NCBI GenBank assembly: GCA_045589515.1 | Contig: JAZNPH010000045.1 | Span: 5,560 to 69,559 of the forward strand | DNA from: Eubacteriales bacterium | GTDB lineage: Bacteria > Bacillota > Clostridia > Oscillospirales > CAG-382 | Direction: 5' to 3' | Length of the DNA: 64,000 nt | In this document: in pieces, positions 9,927 to 20,222 of the stretch | Layout of the letters: each line of letters opens with the position of its first letter | How positions within the stretch are numbered: the stretch's first letter is position 1 | Program-made: the position numbers and the translations under genes | Notes under the pieces: generated by a model | Databases searched by the model: none | The model's input: the letters and a program-made list of their open reading frames with translations, nothing else | What the model was told of the DNA's origin: nothing

Positions 9927-10541
9927 ATGAGCAATACTTCCGTTTATAACATTTTGGTCAAGGATTCTGTGGATTTCTCGGATGCCCCCAGGGCGGAGAT
10001 CTCCTGCTATAAGTGGACCGAGGGCTATACCCCCTATGCATTCGCCCAGCTGATTTACGTAAAGGACCTTGGACTTGCTTTGCACATGGAAGCTTTTGAA
10101 AGCGATCCTAAGCGATTCTATACCATGTATAACCAGCCCGTCTACACTGACAGCTGTCTGGAGTTCTTTGTAAACTGCAATCCCGCGCAGCCCTTGTATA
10201 TCAATTTTGAAATGAACGCTAACGGTGCCTTTCTTTCCGCTTTACGCCCCGGAAGAAAGGGTAAACAGCCCATTCACGAGTTGATGTCCGATCTTCCTGC
10301 CGTCATGGCCAAGAGATTTGAAGATCGCTGGACCGTGGACGCTTTCTTTACCTTGGCTCAGATCAAAACGTTGTTTGGCAAGGACAGTTTTGCCGAAGGA
10401 GATGTTCTGAAGGGTAATTTCTACAAGTGCGGCGATGAAACGCCTATTCCTCATTTCGGCATGTGGGCTCCCATTGATCTGGAGGCTCCCGATTTCCACA
10501 GACCCGAATTTTTCGGTGATCTGGTCATCGGAGCGTTTTAA
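9927..10541 (+). CDS. cytoplasmic protein resembling carbohydrate-binding family 9-like/DOMON-like domain proteins
   Basis: 204-aa product with no signal peptide. The first ATG (9912) overlaps the GGAGGA Shine-Dalgarno, so the start was moved to 9927. Family call is from memory and weak. Confidence 0.45.
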   Translation: MSNTSVYNILVKDSVDFSDAPRAEISCYKWTEGYTPYAFAQLIYVKDLGLALHMEAFESDPKRFYTMYNQPVYTDSCLEFFVNCNPAQPLYINFEMNANGAFLSALRPGRKGKQPIHELMSDLPAVMAKRFEDRWTVDAFFTLAQIKTLFGKDSFAEGDVLKGNFYKCGDETPIPHFGMWAPIDLEAPDFHRPEFFGDLVIGAF

Positions 10542-10543
10542 GT

Positions 10544-11110
10544 ATGGCTGCTAATTCCAAAAGAAGACCTTCTTCAAAAAAAATTCACATTTTCTTTTTG
10601 CGTGCTTTGCTCTTTTTGGGTTTTGTATTGTTGTTCGGAACACTGGCTTTACAGATTGCCAACATATTGCTTCCTGCGGCAATCCCTGAGGAAACGCCTC
10701 CGACGTTGGGGGTGCCTTCCAACGCATTTGCATTCACCAAGGAAAATCTCTTCCCTTTCCTGTTAGCGCCTCTGCTTGTGCTGATTGTTTGTTATTTGTA
10801 TCTCAAGAAGTATTTAACCAAAAACAACATATCTGCAATGGATCATATCCCCTATTTCCGCAAGCATCCTCACACTCTTTTCGGGAGAAAATTTTATAAT
10901 GCTTTTTCCGTTGGGGTTATAGGGTGCTCTGTGCTCTTTGCCGTAATCGGAAGTGTTTGCAACGGTATTCATGAATCCTGGTTCGGAACATTTACCGCAG
11001 TAGGATGCGTTTGCCTTTTGACTTTCGCTTCCAAAACATTGCGCCACACCAGACGTCAATATTTTGCCCATCGAAAAAAGAAGGCCGATGCGGGAGAAAT
11101 CAATCGATGA
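10544..11110 (+). CDS. membrane protein, unknown function
   Basis: 188 aa with basic N- and C-termini and 3-4 hydrophobic helices. Confidence 0.4.
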   Translation: MAANSKRRPSSKKIHIFFLRALLFLGFVLLFGTLALQIANILLPAAIPEETPPTLGVPSNAFAFTKENLFPFLLAPLLVLIVCYLYLKKYLTKNNISAMDHIPYFRKHPHTLFGRKFYNAFSVGVIGCSVLFAVIGSVCNGIHESWFGTFTAVGCVCLLTFASKTLRHTRRQYFAHRKKKADAGEINR

Positions 11111-12054
11111 GACAGTTGACCATAGGCCCTAACGATTGTGGCCAACGTATCGATAAATTCATGGGCAAGAGGTTCAAAACCATGCCCACTGCGTTGATCT
11201 ATAAGTTTATCCGCAAAAAATGCGTTGCAGTCAACAAGAAAAAGGTTGCGGAAAACTACATCCTGCAAGAGGGTGACGTCCTTTCCTTCTTCATCAGCGA
11301 CGAATTCTTCGGGGATTCCGCAAAAACAGAGCCTTTTCGCAAGTTGAAGCCAGAACTAAAAGTGGCTTACGAAGACGAAAACGTTTTGGTCATCGACAAG
11401 CCTGCCGGACTGATCGTGCATTCGGACGAAAAGGAAGGGTACAACACCCTGATCAACCATATTTTAGCCTATTTGTACCAGAAGGGCGAATATGATCCGG
11501 ACAAAGAGAATTGCTTTGCACCCGCATTATGCAACCGCATCGACAGAAACACGGAAGGTCTGGTGATCGCCGCCAAAAATGCCCGTGCGCTAGGCGAGAT
11601 GAACGAGATCATCAAGCAACGTCTGGTGGAAAAAAAGTATTTGACGGTGGTTCACGGCTTCCTCGACCAAAAACAAGGAGAGATCCGTTCCAGGCTGGAA
11701 AAGGATCAGAAGACCAACACCGTTCGGGTATCCAATAAATACGGAAAAGAAGCAATTACCCGTTACCGTGTCCTTCGCTCCAACATAGAAAAGGAGCTTA
11801 CCTTATTGGAGGTGGAGCTTCTTACCGGCCGAACCCATCAGATCCGCGCACAGTTTGCGTCTTTGGGACACCCACTTTTGGGGGACGGAAAATACGCCGT
11901 AAACAAGGAGGATCGTGCTATGGGGTATTCCTACCAGGCACTTTGCTCATACTCCTTGCGTTTTTTCCCGGGAAAAGAGTTTGCTCTGCTTTCTTACTTA
12001 AACGGAGTCACCGTTCACGCAGGCGAGCCTGCTTTTCTGAAGTTATTCGATTAA
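11107..12054 (+). CDS. rluD: RluA-family 23S rRNA pseudouridine synthase (RluD/RluC-like)
   Basis: S4-like N-terminal domain (QRIDKFMGKRF...), the catalytic motif HRIDRNTEGLV variant (CNRIDRNTEGLV), and the C-terminal GRTHQIRAQ. ATG at 11107 overlaps the upstream stop. Confidence 0.88.
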   Translation: MRQLTIGPNDCGQRIDKFMGKRFKTMPTALIYKFIRKKCVAVNKKKVAENYILQEGDVLSFFISDEFFGDSAKTEPFRKLKPELKVAYEDENVLVIDKPAGLIVHSDEKEGYNTLINHILAYLYQKGEYDPDKENCFAPALCNRIDRNTEGLVIAAKNARALGEMNEIIKQRLVEKKYLTVVHGFLDQKQGEIRSRLEKDQKTNTVRVSNKYGKEAITRYRVLRSNIEKELTLLEVELLTGRTHQIRAQFASLGHPLLGDGKYAVNKEDRAMGYSYQALCSYSLRFFPGKEFALLSYLNGVTVHAGEPAFLKLFD

Positions 12055-12065
12055 TACGCATCAAA

Positions 12066-12106
12066 CAAAAGAATCCTTATCCGCTTTGGGTAAGGATTCT
12101 TTGTTT
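12066..12106. terminator. bidirectional intrinsic terminator between convergent rluD and capG
   Basis: aagaatccttatcc / gggtaaggattctt stem flanked by an A-run and a T-run. Confidence 0.7.
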
Positions 12107-12108
12107 TG

Positions 12109-13293
12109 TCAGAATTTGCGCCAAACCATTTTGTTGACCACGCCGGTGTAGGATTGAATAATCTTCACAACCTTGGTGGAAACGTTTTCCTCGGTGTAAT
12201 CGGGGACGGGAATGCCGTGATGGGCATCCTTCGTCATTTCTACGGCTGTAAAAACAGCCTGGAGGAGCGAGGTCTCATCGATACCCGCCAGAATGAAGCA
12301 AGCCTTATCGAGGGCTTCAGGGCGTTCCGTAGAGGTTCGGATGCAAACCGCAGGGAACGGATTGCCGATGGAGGTGAAGAAAGAGCTTTCCTCCGGCAGG
12401 GTTCCGCTGTCGGAAACCACGGCGAAGGCGTTCATTTGCAAGCAGTTGTAATCGTGGAAGCCCAGGGGCTCGTGGCGGATGACACGGGAGTCCAAAACAA
12501 AGCCGGAGGATTCCAGACGGTTGCGAGAACGAGGATGGCAGGAGTATAGGATGGGCATATCGTATTTCTCTGCCAGCTTATTGATGGCGTTGAATAGCGA
12601 GAGGAAGTTCTTTTCCGTATCGATGTTCTCTTCCCTGTGGGCGGAAAGGAGGATGTACTTCCCTTTTTCCAGACCCAGACGGGTGTGGATATCGCTGGAC
12701 TTGATGGCTTCCAGATTCTCGTGAAGCACCTCCGCCATGGGAGAGCCTGTGACGTAGATGCGCTCCTTGGGCAGGCCGCATTCATGGAGGTAGCGGCGGG
12801 CGTGTTCGGAGTAGGCAAGGTTTACGTCGGAGATGATGTCCACGATGCGGCGGTTGGTTTCCTCGGGAAGGCATTCGTCTTTGCAACGGTTGCCCGCTTC
12901 CATGTGGAAGATGGGGATGTGCAGGCGTTTCGCGGCGATGGCGGACAGGCAGGAGTTGGTGTCCCCCAGGATCAGCAGAGCGTCGGGCTTGACGGCGTTC
13001 ATCAGCTTGTAGGCGCAGTTGATGATGTTGCCCACGGTGGCCCCCAGATCGTCGCCCACGGCGTTCATGTACACGTCGGGATCGGCAAGACCCAGGTCCT
13101 TGAAGAACACACCGTTCAAGTTGTAGTCGTAGTTTTGCCCTGTGTGAGCAAGGAGAGTATCAAAGTATTTGCGGCACTTTTTAATGACAGAGGCAAGGCG
13201 GATGATCTCCGGGCGGGTGCCCACGATGATCAGCAGCTTCAGCTTGCCGTTGTTTTGGAAATGCACGTCAGTGTAATCAAGTTTGAGGTTCAT
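12109..13293 (-). CDS. capG: UDP-N-acetylglucosamine 2-epimerase (non-hydrolysing), Cap5G/FnlC-like
   Basis: LLIIVGTRPEIIRL..., HMEAGNR and the C-terminal SDSGTLPEES are the WecB/Epimerase_2 signature. It is adjacent to a CapF-type gene. Confidence 0.85.
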   Translation of the reverse strand: MNLKLDYTDVHFQNNGKLKLLIIVGTRPEIIRLASVIKKCRKYFDTLLAHTGQNYDYNLNGVFFKDLGLADPDVYMNAVGDDLGATVGNIINCAYKLMNAVKPDALLILGDTNSCLSAIAAKRLHIPIFHMEAGNRCKDECLPEETNRRIVDIISDVNLAYSEHARRYLHECGLPKERIYVTGSPMAEVLHENLEAIKSSDIHTRLGLEKGKYILLSAHREENIDTEKNFLSLFNAINKLAEKYDMPILYSCHPRSRNRLESSGFVLDSRVIRHEPLGFHDYNCLQMNAFAVVSDSGTLPEESSFFTSIGNPFPAVCIRTSTERPEALDKACFILAGIDETSLLQAVFTAVEMTKDAHHGIPVPDYTEENVSTKVVKIIQSYTGVVNKMVWRKF

Positions 13294-13479
13294 AGGGTAA
13301 CTCCTTTAGGTTGGAGAGAATTAAAAACGTCCGTTAATACGGCGGACCCTTCTGCCATTTACCGAGCAAAAGAATCCGGGAGATATCTTCGCCTCCTCTG
13401 GGATAGAGGAGGAGCAGCCCCTCACAAGCGTAATCATAGAAAAATTCGCTTATGCGTCCTCCTGGCAAAATAGGCGGTA

Positions 13480-14646
13480 TTACTTCTCCACCGGTTCAAA
13501 AAACGTATCCGGATGATGGGGGTTGAAGCATTCATTTGCCCACATGAGGGTAACCAAATTTTCCGTTTCGGAGAGGTTGATGATATTATGGGTATACCCG
13601 GGGAGCATATGGACAGCCTGGATGTGTTCCCCGTCTACGTAGAAGTTCAACACTTCGTCGGTGCCGATCTTACGTTGCTGAATGAGCCCTTTGCCGGAAA
13701 CCACGATGAACAGCTCCCATTTTGTGTTGTGCCAATGCTGTCCCTTGGTGATGCCGGGCTTTGAAATGTTCACGGAAAACTGGCCGCGGGAGGGAGTTTT
13801 GAAAAGCTCGGTGAAGCTGCCTCTGGCGTCCTCGTTCATGTGCAGAGGAAAGGCTATTTTTTCTACTGGGAGATAGGAAAGGTAGGTGGAATACAACTTT
13901 TTGGCAAAGGAGTCCGCGGGGATGGCGGGCATCATCAAAGTGGAAGGCTGTGCTTTGAAGCTTTCCAGAAGGCTCACGATCTCCCCCAAAGTGACCTTAT
14001 GAGTGGTTGGGACGCGGCAATAATCGCCGTCGTGGTGTTCACTCCCGACCAGGGCGGCAAGCATTTCTTCCACCAGGTCGTCGATATAGAGAAGCTCCAG
14101 CTCGATGGCGGGATCGTTCACCGTAATGGGAAGGTCGTTTGCCATATTATAGCAGAAGGTTGCCACGGCGGAATTGTAGTTGGGGCGGCACCATTTCCCG
14201 AAAAGGTTGGGGAAACGGTAGACCAGCACCTTGGCTCCCATCTCGTTTCCGTAGGCAAAGAGGCACTCCTCCCCTGCTTTCTTGCTTCTGCCGTAATCGT
14301 TGTTGTAGCGGCCCTCCAGGGTTGCCTGGATAGACGAAGAGAGCATGACGGGACAGGTGTTGCGGTATTTCTTCAGGGTGTCCAGCAAGGTGGAGGTGAA
14401 GCCGAAGTTCCCAGCCATAAAGTCGGCAGGATCCTTGGGGCGGTTCACTCCTGCCAGGTGAAAAACGAAGTCCGCTTTTTCGCAGGCGGTCTCCAAAAGG
14501 TCTGCGGGAGACTCTACATCATAGAGGTAAAGCTCGTCCACGGTGATCCCAGAATGAGTTCTATCCTTGCCGTCTTTGATGTTTTGAAGTGCGCAGGTGA
14601 GGTTTTTGCCCACGAAGCCTGCGGAACCTGTAATGAGGATATTCAT
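13480..14646 (-). CDS. capF: CapF/FnlB-like bifunctional SDR-cupin protein (L-FucNAc-type nucleotide sugar pathway)
   Basis: N-terminal MNILITGSAGFVGKNL Rossmann/SDR half plus a C-terminal cupin half (GSFTELFKT...GITKGQHWHNTKWELFIVVSG). Confidence 0.82.
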   Translation of the reverse strand: MNILITGSAGFVGKNLTCALQNIKDGKDRTHSGITVDELYLYDVESPADLLETACEKADFVFHLAGVNRPKDPADFMAGNFGFTSTLLDTLKKYRNTCPVMLSSSIQATLEGRYNNDYGRSKKAGEECLFAYGNEMGAKVLVYRFPNLFGKWCRPNYNSAVATFCYNMANDLPITVNDPAIELELLYIDDLVEEMLAALVGSEHHDGDYCRVPTTHKVTLGEIVSLLESFKAQPSTLMMPAIPADSFAKKLYSTYLSYLPVEKIAFPLHMNEDARGSFTELFKTPSRGQFSVNISKPGITKGQHWHNTKWELFIVVSGKGLIQQRKIGTDEVLNFYVDGEHIQAVHMLPGYTHNIINLSETENLVTLMWANECFNPHHPDTFFEPVEK

Positions 14647-14809
14647 GGAATCGCCTTACCTTCCTTCACAAATATTCAACAGCAGTATACCACGAAACCT
14701 GTTTTTCGTCAAGGGATGAGCAGAAGGAGTTGAGGAAAAATACGTGAGTTTTGGCGATGAAAAAAGAAACCAGCACTCTGCAGACATGAGCAGAGTGCTG
14801 TAATATGCA

Positions 14810-16213
14810 TTATAATGCAATCATATCCCGGAACGCTTGAATATACGTTTCCGCCTGTTCTTCGGTAGAAGATTCGGCAAAAATACGAAGGAGAGGTTCC
14901 GTTCCCGAAAAACGACAGATAACGAAGTCCCCGTTTTCGAAGTAGACCTTGCATCCATCCTCGTAGTTCACGCGCTGTACGGGAATCGCAAAAGCGGGAA
15001 GCTGTTTGTCCACCATCAGCTGATGAACAATTGCGGCTTTGGCCTCAGGAGCAAATTGCAGATTGCTTTCCACCATGCAATGCACACCGTATTTTTCCTC
15101 CAGGGTGCGGAAATACTCGGAGGGAGACATACCGATCACAGAAATCATTTCGACAAACAAAGCCGCGGCATAAACGGAATCCTTGCCGTGAATATGTCCG
15201 CGAACGGTCAAGCCGCCGGAGGATTCACCGCCCAGAATTGCATCGGTTTCGTCAATCTTGGCACTGATGTACTTAAAGCCGATAGGAACCTCGTGGCAGG
15301 CTTCCCCGAGATCGGCAGCAAGCTTATCGAGCATGTGGGTCGTGGCAAGGTTTCTAACCACAGGACCTCTCCAGCCTTTATACTCATGGAGATAGTGATA
15401 CAGCATCACCAGGATCTTGTTGGCATCAATGTACGTACCATCGGAATCAATAATGCCAAGACGATCGCCGTCTCCATCCAAAGCAATGCCAAGCTCATAA
15501 CCGCCGCGCAAGACTTGTTCGGTAAGATCCTGCAGGGAATGAGGTGCAGGTGCGGGCATCATGCCACCAAAATAGGCATCCTTGTTGTAGTTGATAGGGT
15601 CAACGGTGCAACGGACGGTATACAAAATACACATCAAAGGATACATGCCGGAGCCGTGCATGGGATTAAACAGCAAGCGAGTGCCGTGGGCGCGCATGGC
15701 ATCGGTATTCAACTGAGAAAGAATGTCATCAATGTAATCGTTGAAAGGGTTGCGAAGGATCTCGCTATATTCGTTGGGAACGCTTTGATGCTTAACCTCG
15801 GAAGAGGTGATCTTTTCAATATACGCTTCAAGCTCCGCAGTGAATTCAACAGGAGCGTCTCTACCCTCGGAAACGATGATCTTGATGCCGTTGTAAGCAG
15901 AAGGGTTATGGCTTGCGGTAATCTCAATACCGAAATCCAAGCCGTGCTTCTGCACGTAATGCATGATCATAGGGGTAGGCATACTGCGTCCCATCAAAAT
16001 AACAGGAATTTTGTTAGCCGTCAGCACCTCCGCAAACCAAACCGAGGCTTCGTCAGAAAGGAAGCGACGATCGTGACCAATGATTACCTTCTGCTTATCC
16101 AAGCCTTTGTCGTGCAAAAGATCAGAAAAACCCTGAGCCACAAGATAAATGTTTTCTTTTGTAAACTCATCCCCAATGATGGCGCGCCATCCGCCGGTAC
16201 CAAATCGAATCAT
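14810..16213 (-). CDS. phosphoglucomutase/phosphomannomutase family protein
   Basis: MIRFGTGGWRAIIG N-terminus, active-site TASHNPSAYNGIK, metal loop DGDGDR. Confidence 0.88.
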   Translation of the reverse strand: MIRFGTGGWRAIIGDEFTKENIYLVAQGFSDLLHDKGLDKQKVIIGHDRRFLSDEASVWFAEVLTANKIPVILMGRSMPTPMIMHYVQKHGLDFGIEITASHNPSAYNGIKIIVSEGRDAPVEFTAELEAYIEKITSSEVKHQSVPNEYSEILRNPFNDYIDDILSQLNTDAMRAHGTRLLFNPMHGSGMYPLMCILYTVRCTVDPINYNKDAYFGGMMPAPAPHSLQDLTEQVLRGGYELGIALDGDGDRLGIIDSDGTYIDANKILVMLYHYLHEYKGWRGPVVRNLATTHMLDKLAADLGEACHEVPIGFKYISAKIDETDAILGGESSGGLTVRGHIHGKDSVYAAALFVEMISVIGMSPSEYFRTLEEKYGVHCMVESNLQFAPEAKAAIVHQLMVDKQLPAFAIPVQRVNYEDGCKVYFENGDFVICRFSGTEPLLRIFAESSTEEQAETYIQAFRDMIAL

Positions 16214-16235
16214 AAGATCCCCTCCATGAATAAAT

Positions 16236-16850
16236 TTATTGTTCTTCCGCGGCCGAACGTAAAATTCTCGCCCACAGTTGTTCTCTTCCCAAATCCTTTG
16301 CTGAGGAATAAAGAATAATCTCTGTTCCAGGGCGAAGAGCTGGGTGTTTTAAAATCTTATCAACGGCTTTTTGAAGCTCCGTTTTGTTGAGCTTGTCACA
16401 TTTCGTTGCAACAAGCATATAGGGAACGCCGAAGTGATCCATATATTGCAACATAGAAACATCGTCGGCAGTAAGACCGACTTTACAATCAACCAACTGC
16501 AAAACAAGCTTTAATGCTCCATTATCATAGAAATAGCCTTCGGTAAGAGAAGACCATTTCTGAATCTCGTTTTTCGGGCGTCGTGCAAATCCATAGCCGG
16601 GGAGATCCACCAACCAAAGCTTTCCATCAACATCGTAACAATTTACGGTAATGGTTTTACCGGGCTCGCTACTGACGCGGGCAAGTTTTTTGCGTCCCAA
16701 AAGAGAATTCACCAAAGAGCTCTTTCCCACATTGCTTCTGCCAGAAAGTGCGATCTGAGGTGCACCCTCCTTGACAAGCTGTGAAGGAAGCCCTGCTGTT
16801 AGACGCAAGATTGCATTGTGGAGGTTGACGCCCCCGAAGCTCATTTCCAT
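16236..16850 (-). CDS. engB: ribosome biogenesis GTPase YsxC/EngB
   Basis: G1 GRSNVGKSSL, G3 DLPGYG, G4 TKCDK; conserved position downstream of lon. Confidence 0.9.
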   Translation of the reverse strand: MEMSFGGVNLHNAILRLTAGLPSQLVKEGAPQIALSGRSNVGKSSLVNSLLGRKKLARVSSEPGKTITVNCYDVDGKLWLVDLPGYGFARRPKNEIQKWSSLTEGYFYDNGALKLVLQLVDCKVGLTADDVSMLQYMDHFGVPYMLVATKCDKLNKTELQKAVDKILKHPALRPGTEIILYSSAKDLGREQLWARILRSAAEEQ

Positions 16851-16868
16851 AAAACGCTCCTTTGCTAT

Positions 16869-19202
16869 TTAAGGGTTGACCGCAAGGCGAAGAACCTCGG
16901 AAACGTTCTTCACAGGAATCAATTTCAGATGCTCCTTGACCTCGCTGTCCAGCTCCTCGATATCGCCGCTGTTATCATAAGGAATGATAACGGTGTCGCA
17001 TCCGTATTTATAAGCGGCCATAGTCTTCTCCCGCAAGCCGCCGATAGGAAGCACACGCCCGGTCAGCGTGATCTCTCCCGTCATGGCTACGTTACGCTTA
17101 ACAGTCTTGCTGGTCAACTCGCTGACGAGAGCCGTACACAAAGTCACCCCGGCAGAAGGACCGTCTTTGGGAACAGCTCCCTCGGGAACGTGAATATGCA
17201 CGTCCTGCTTGACGTAAAACTCTGGATCGATCCCAAGTTCGTTGCTATGCTTGCGAATATAGCTTACAGCAGCCTTGGCACTTTCCTTCATAACGTCGCC
17301 CAGATTACCGGTAAGCTCCAGCTTGCCGGAGCCCTGCACGGTGCTTACTTCAACACGGAGAAGCTCGCCACCCAAAGAAGTCCAAGCCAAACCGTTCACA
17401 ATACCAATCTCGTCGGAATCGTTCATTTGCTCTCGTAAGTACTTCACGGGGCCGAGGAAGCGCTTTACGACGTCGGGAGTCACCCGGACAGACTTTCTCT
17501 TGCCGGAAACGATCTCCTTCGCTGTTTTACGACACACGGAGGCCACGGTGCGTTCAAGGTTACGAACGCCGTTTTCTCTGGTATAGCCGGAGATCATCAG
17601 CATGATGCCCTCGTCGGTGAAGCGGCACTGGGCTTTCTTCAAGCCGTGAGCCACCATCTGCTTAGGAATCAAATGGTTTTTGGCGATCGATAGTTTTTCC
17701 GTATCGGTGTAGCTGCTCATCTCAATCACTTCCAGTCGATCCAGAAGAGCATGAGGAACAGTATCCAAAGTATTTGCGGTGGCGATAAACATTACGGAAG
17801 ATAAGTCGTAGGGCAACTCAATGAAATGATCACGGAAGGTGTGGTTTTGTTCACCATCCAATACTTCCAAAAGTGCCGCCGCAGGATCGCCATGGGAATC
17901 TGTGGTCAATTTATCAAGCTCATCAAGAAGGATAACAGGATTAGATGTTCCTGCAAGCTTAACGGCGTTGATAATGCGACCGGGCATGGCGCCGATGTAC
18001 GTCTTTCTGTGACCGCGAATTTCCGCTTCATCGCGAATACCGCCCAAAGAAATACGTGCAAACTTGCGATCGACAGCACGAGCGATAGACTTTGCAACCG
18101 AAGTCTTACCCACACCGGGAGGCCCCACCAAGCAAAGGATCTGTCCTTTGATGTCCTGCTTCAACTGCTTAACGGAAAGGAACTCAAGAATGCGTTCTTT
18201 CACCTTCTCGATGCCGTCGTGATCTTCATCCAGGATCTTCTGGGCAACGGCAATATCCAAGCGATCTTTGCTGTATTTTTCCCAAGGAAGCTCTAAGCAA
18301 ACATCCAAATAATTATGGATAACAGAAGCCTCGGAGCTGCCGAAAGGCATTTTCGCAAGCTTGGATGCTTCTGACTTCAGTTTCTCCGCAACCTCGGCAG
18401 GAAGATTGGCCTCGGCAATACGTTTGGCGTATTCGCTTCCCTCTTCCCCGTCGCCGCCTTCTTCATCCATGCCAAGCTCACCGCGGATGGTGTTCAATTG
18501 CTCACGGAGATAAGCATCACGCTGACGACGCTGCAGGCGATATTTCACTTTGGATTGGATGGAATTTTCCAATTCCATCAATGCGATATTCTTTTCCAAA
18601 ATGTTGCAAAGCTTTTCGGCTCTCTTAACGGAGTCCACTTCTTCGAGAAGAAGCTTGCGATCCTCAAAATTGTTCAGGAAATTGCTGGCAAGGAAATCCG
18701 CAAGGACACCTGCATCATCAATGTGATGCAATTCCTCCAAGATCTCAGGAGAGGGTTTGTTGATATACCTTAAGTAATCGGAAAACAAAGCCCAAAGAGA
18801 GTCGATCACTCTCTGTTCCCGCTCGGGATGAGAGGAAGAGCTACGGTACGGGAGGATCTCGCTTTCCAAATGATCGTTTTCTAAGACAGTGGAAACCCGT
18901 CTGGCACGATAAAGACCTTCAGCCATGATCTGCAAATTACCGTTGGTCAAACGCAAAACGCTCTTGATATTGGCAACTACACCAACCTCAGCGAGATCGT
19001 AGTGACCCGGATCCTCAACTGCAGGATTTTTCTGAACTGCAAGATATACAGGCTGATCGTTTTCCATGGCAGTCTGCAAGGAAGCAACAGAAAGCTTACG
19101 GCCCAATTCAAAGCTCGTGGTAATACCGGGAAAAACCACGATGCCACGAAGTGCAATTGTAGGATATGTCAGCACTTCGGCTTTATCAAAAATCAAAGAC
19201 AT
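16869..19202 (-). CDS. lon: ATP-dependent Lon protease (LonA)
   Basis: LON N-domain, AAA+ Walker [10 protein letters not shown], proteolytic serine motif [10 protein letters not shown]. Confidence 0.95.
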   Translation of the reverse strand: MSLIFDKAEVLTYPTIALRGIVVFPGITTSFELGRKLSVASLQTAMENDQPVYLAVQKNPAVEDPGHYDLAEVGVVANIKSVLRLTNGNLQIMAEGLYRARRVSTVLENDHLESEILPYRSSSSHPEREQRVIDSLWALFSDYLRYINKPSPEILEELHHIDDAGVLADFLASNFLNNFEDRKLLLEEVDSVKRAEKLCNILEKNIALMELENSIQSKVKYRLQRRQRDAYLREQLNTIRGELGMDEEGGDGEEGSEYAKRIAEANLPAEVAEKLKSEASKLAKMPFGSSEASVIHNYLDVCLELPWEKYSKDRLDIAVAQKILDEDHDGIEKVKERILEFLSVKQLKQDIKGQILCLVGPPGVGKTSVAKSIARAVDRKFARISLGGIRDEAEIRGHRKTYIGAMPGRIINAVKLAGTSNPVILLDELDKLTTDSHGDPAAALLEVLDGEQNHTFRDHFIELPYDLSSVMFIATANTLDTVPHALLDRLEVIEMSSYTDTEKLSIAKNHLIPKQMVAHGLKKAQCRFTDEGIMLMISGYTRENGVRNLERTVASVCRKTAKEIVSGKRKSVRVTPDVVKRFLGPVKYLREQMNDSDEIGIVNGLAWTSLGGELLRVEVSTVQGSGKLELTGNLGDVMKESAKAAVSYIRKHSNELGIDPEFYVKQDVHIHVPEGAVPKDGPSAGVTLCTALVSELTSKTVKRNVAMTGEITLTGRVLPIGGLREKTMAAYKYGCDTVIIPYDNSGDIEELDSEVKEHLKLIPVKNVSEVLRLAVNP

Positions 19203-19247
19203 AAAAACTAAATAACTCCAAGTAGTACTGTACTGAAAAGGTGCGGG

Positions 19248-20198
19248 TTATCTACCGAGAGATGCCGCTCCGATGATGCCGGCACGGTTGCCCAGCTCGG
19301 CGATCTTAATAATGGTCTTCTTATCGCTGTTACGGGAATACTGCTCCACTTCAACGATCTTCTTCAAGGGCTCCAAGAGCCCTTCTCTTTCGTTGCTGAC
19401 ACCGCCGCCGATGCTGAACACCTCGGGCTGGAACACGTTGATGAAATTGGTAACACCGCAAGCGAGATACCCGATGTAGGTATCTACAACCTCTTTAGCG
19501 GCCGCGTCACCGGCGCGATTGGCGTCAAAAGCGGTTCTGCCGTCAACGTTTTCCAGCTTACCGTCGCAAAGCTTCCACATAAGAGAATCCTTGTGCTGCT
19601 CCATTTTCTCGCGGGTCAACTCCATCAGTGCGGTCGCAGAAGCGTAGCACTCCAGACATCCCTTTCTGCCGCAAGTGCAGGGCTTTCCGTTATGAACGAT
19701 GACGGTGTGGCCAAGCTCAGCACCGGCGAAATTAAAGCCGGACAGAATTTTGCCATCAACAATGATACCGCCGCCTACGCCGGTACCCAGGGTCAGGAAA
19801 ACGGAGTCCTTATATCCCTTGGCTGCACCGAAGGTAGCCTCGCCCTTTGCAGCTGCATTTGCATCGTTATCAATATAGATCTTCTTGATGCCGGTAAGCG
19901 CCGAAAGCTTTTCCGCAATGGGATAATGGAGAAAAGGCAAGGTGCAAGCGTAAACGATCACGCCGCGCTCGCTGTCGTTGGTGCCGGGAGATGCGATGCC
20001 TGCATACTCCAAGTCCTCGGGCCGAACGCCGCCCTTTTCCAAAACACGCAGACAAAGGTCTGCCATATCCTTAGTGATACGGTCACCGTCTTCGTCTCTA
20101 ACGGTTGGACAGCTTTCCTGCACGAGAATATTGCCCTCCTCATCACAGAGGCCGGCTTTAATGGACATTCCGCCCAGATCGATTCCAAGATAATACAT
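19248..20198 (-). CDS. glcK: ROK-family glucokinase
   Basis: YYLGIDLGGMSIKAG ATP-binding N-terminus; ROK zinc motif GHTVIVHNGKPCTCGRKGCLECYAS. Confidence 0.85.
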   Translation of the reverse strand: MYYLGIDLGGMSIKAGLCDEEGNILVQESCPTVRDEDGDRITKDMADLCLRVLEKGGVRPEDLEYAGIASPGTNDSERGVIVYACTLPFLHYPIAEKLSALTGIKKIYIDNDANAAAKGEATFGAAKGYKDSVFLTLGTGVGGGIIVDGKILSGFNFAGAELGHTVIVHNGKPCTCGRKGCLECYASATALMELTREKMEQHKDSLMWKLCDGKLENVDGRTAFDANRAGDAAAKEVVDTYIGYLACGVTNFINVFQPEVFSIGGGVSNEREGLLEPLKKIVEVEQYSRNSDKKTIIKIAELGNRAGIIGAASLGR

Positions 20199-20222
20199 AT
20201 TCAATACCATTCCTTTTTTGAA

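Noticed and set aside
12637-14733. 278-aa and 297-aa + strand ORFs opposite capG and capF
   Set aside because: These are shadow ORFs opposite genes with Epimerase_2 and SDR/cupin signatures.
14837-16318. 493-aa + strand ORF opposite the phosphoglucomutase-family gene
   Set aside because: It is antisense to a gene with the TASHNP active site and a DGDGDR metal loop. It is an artefact of codon bias.
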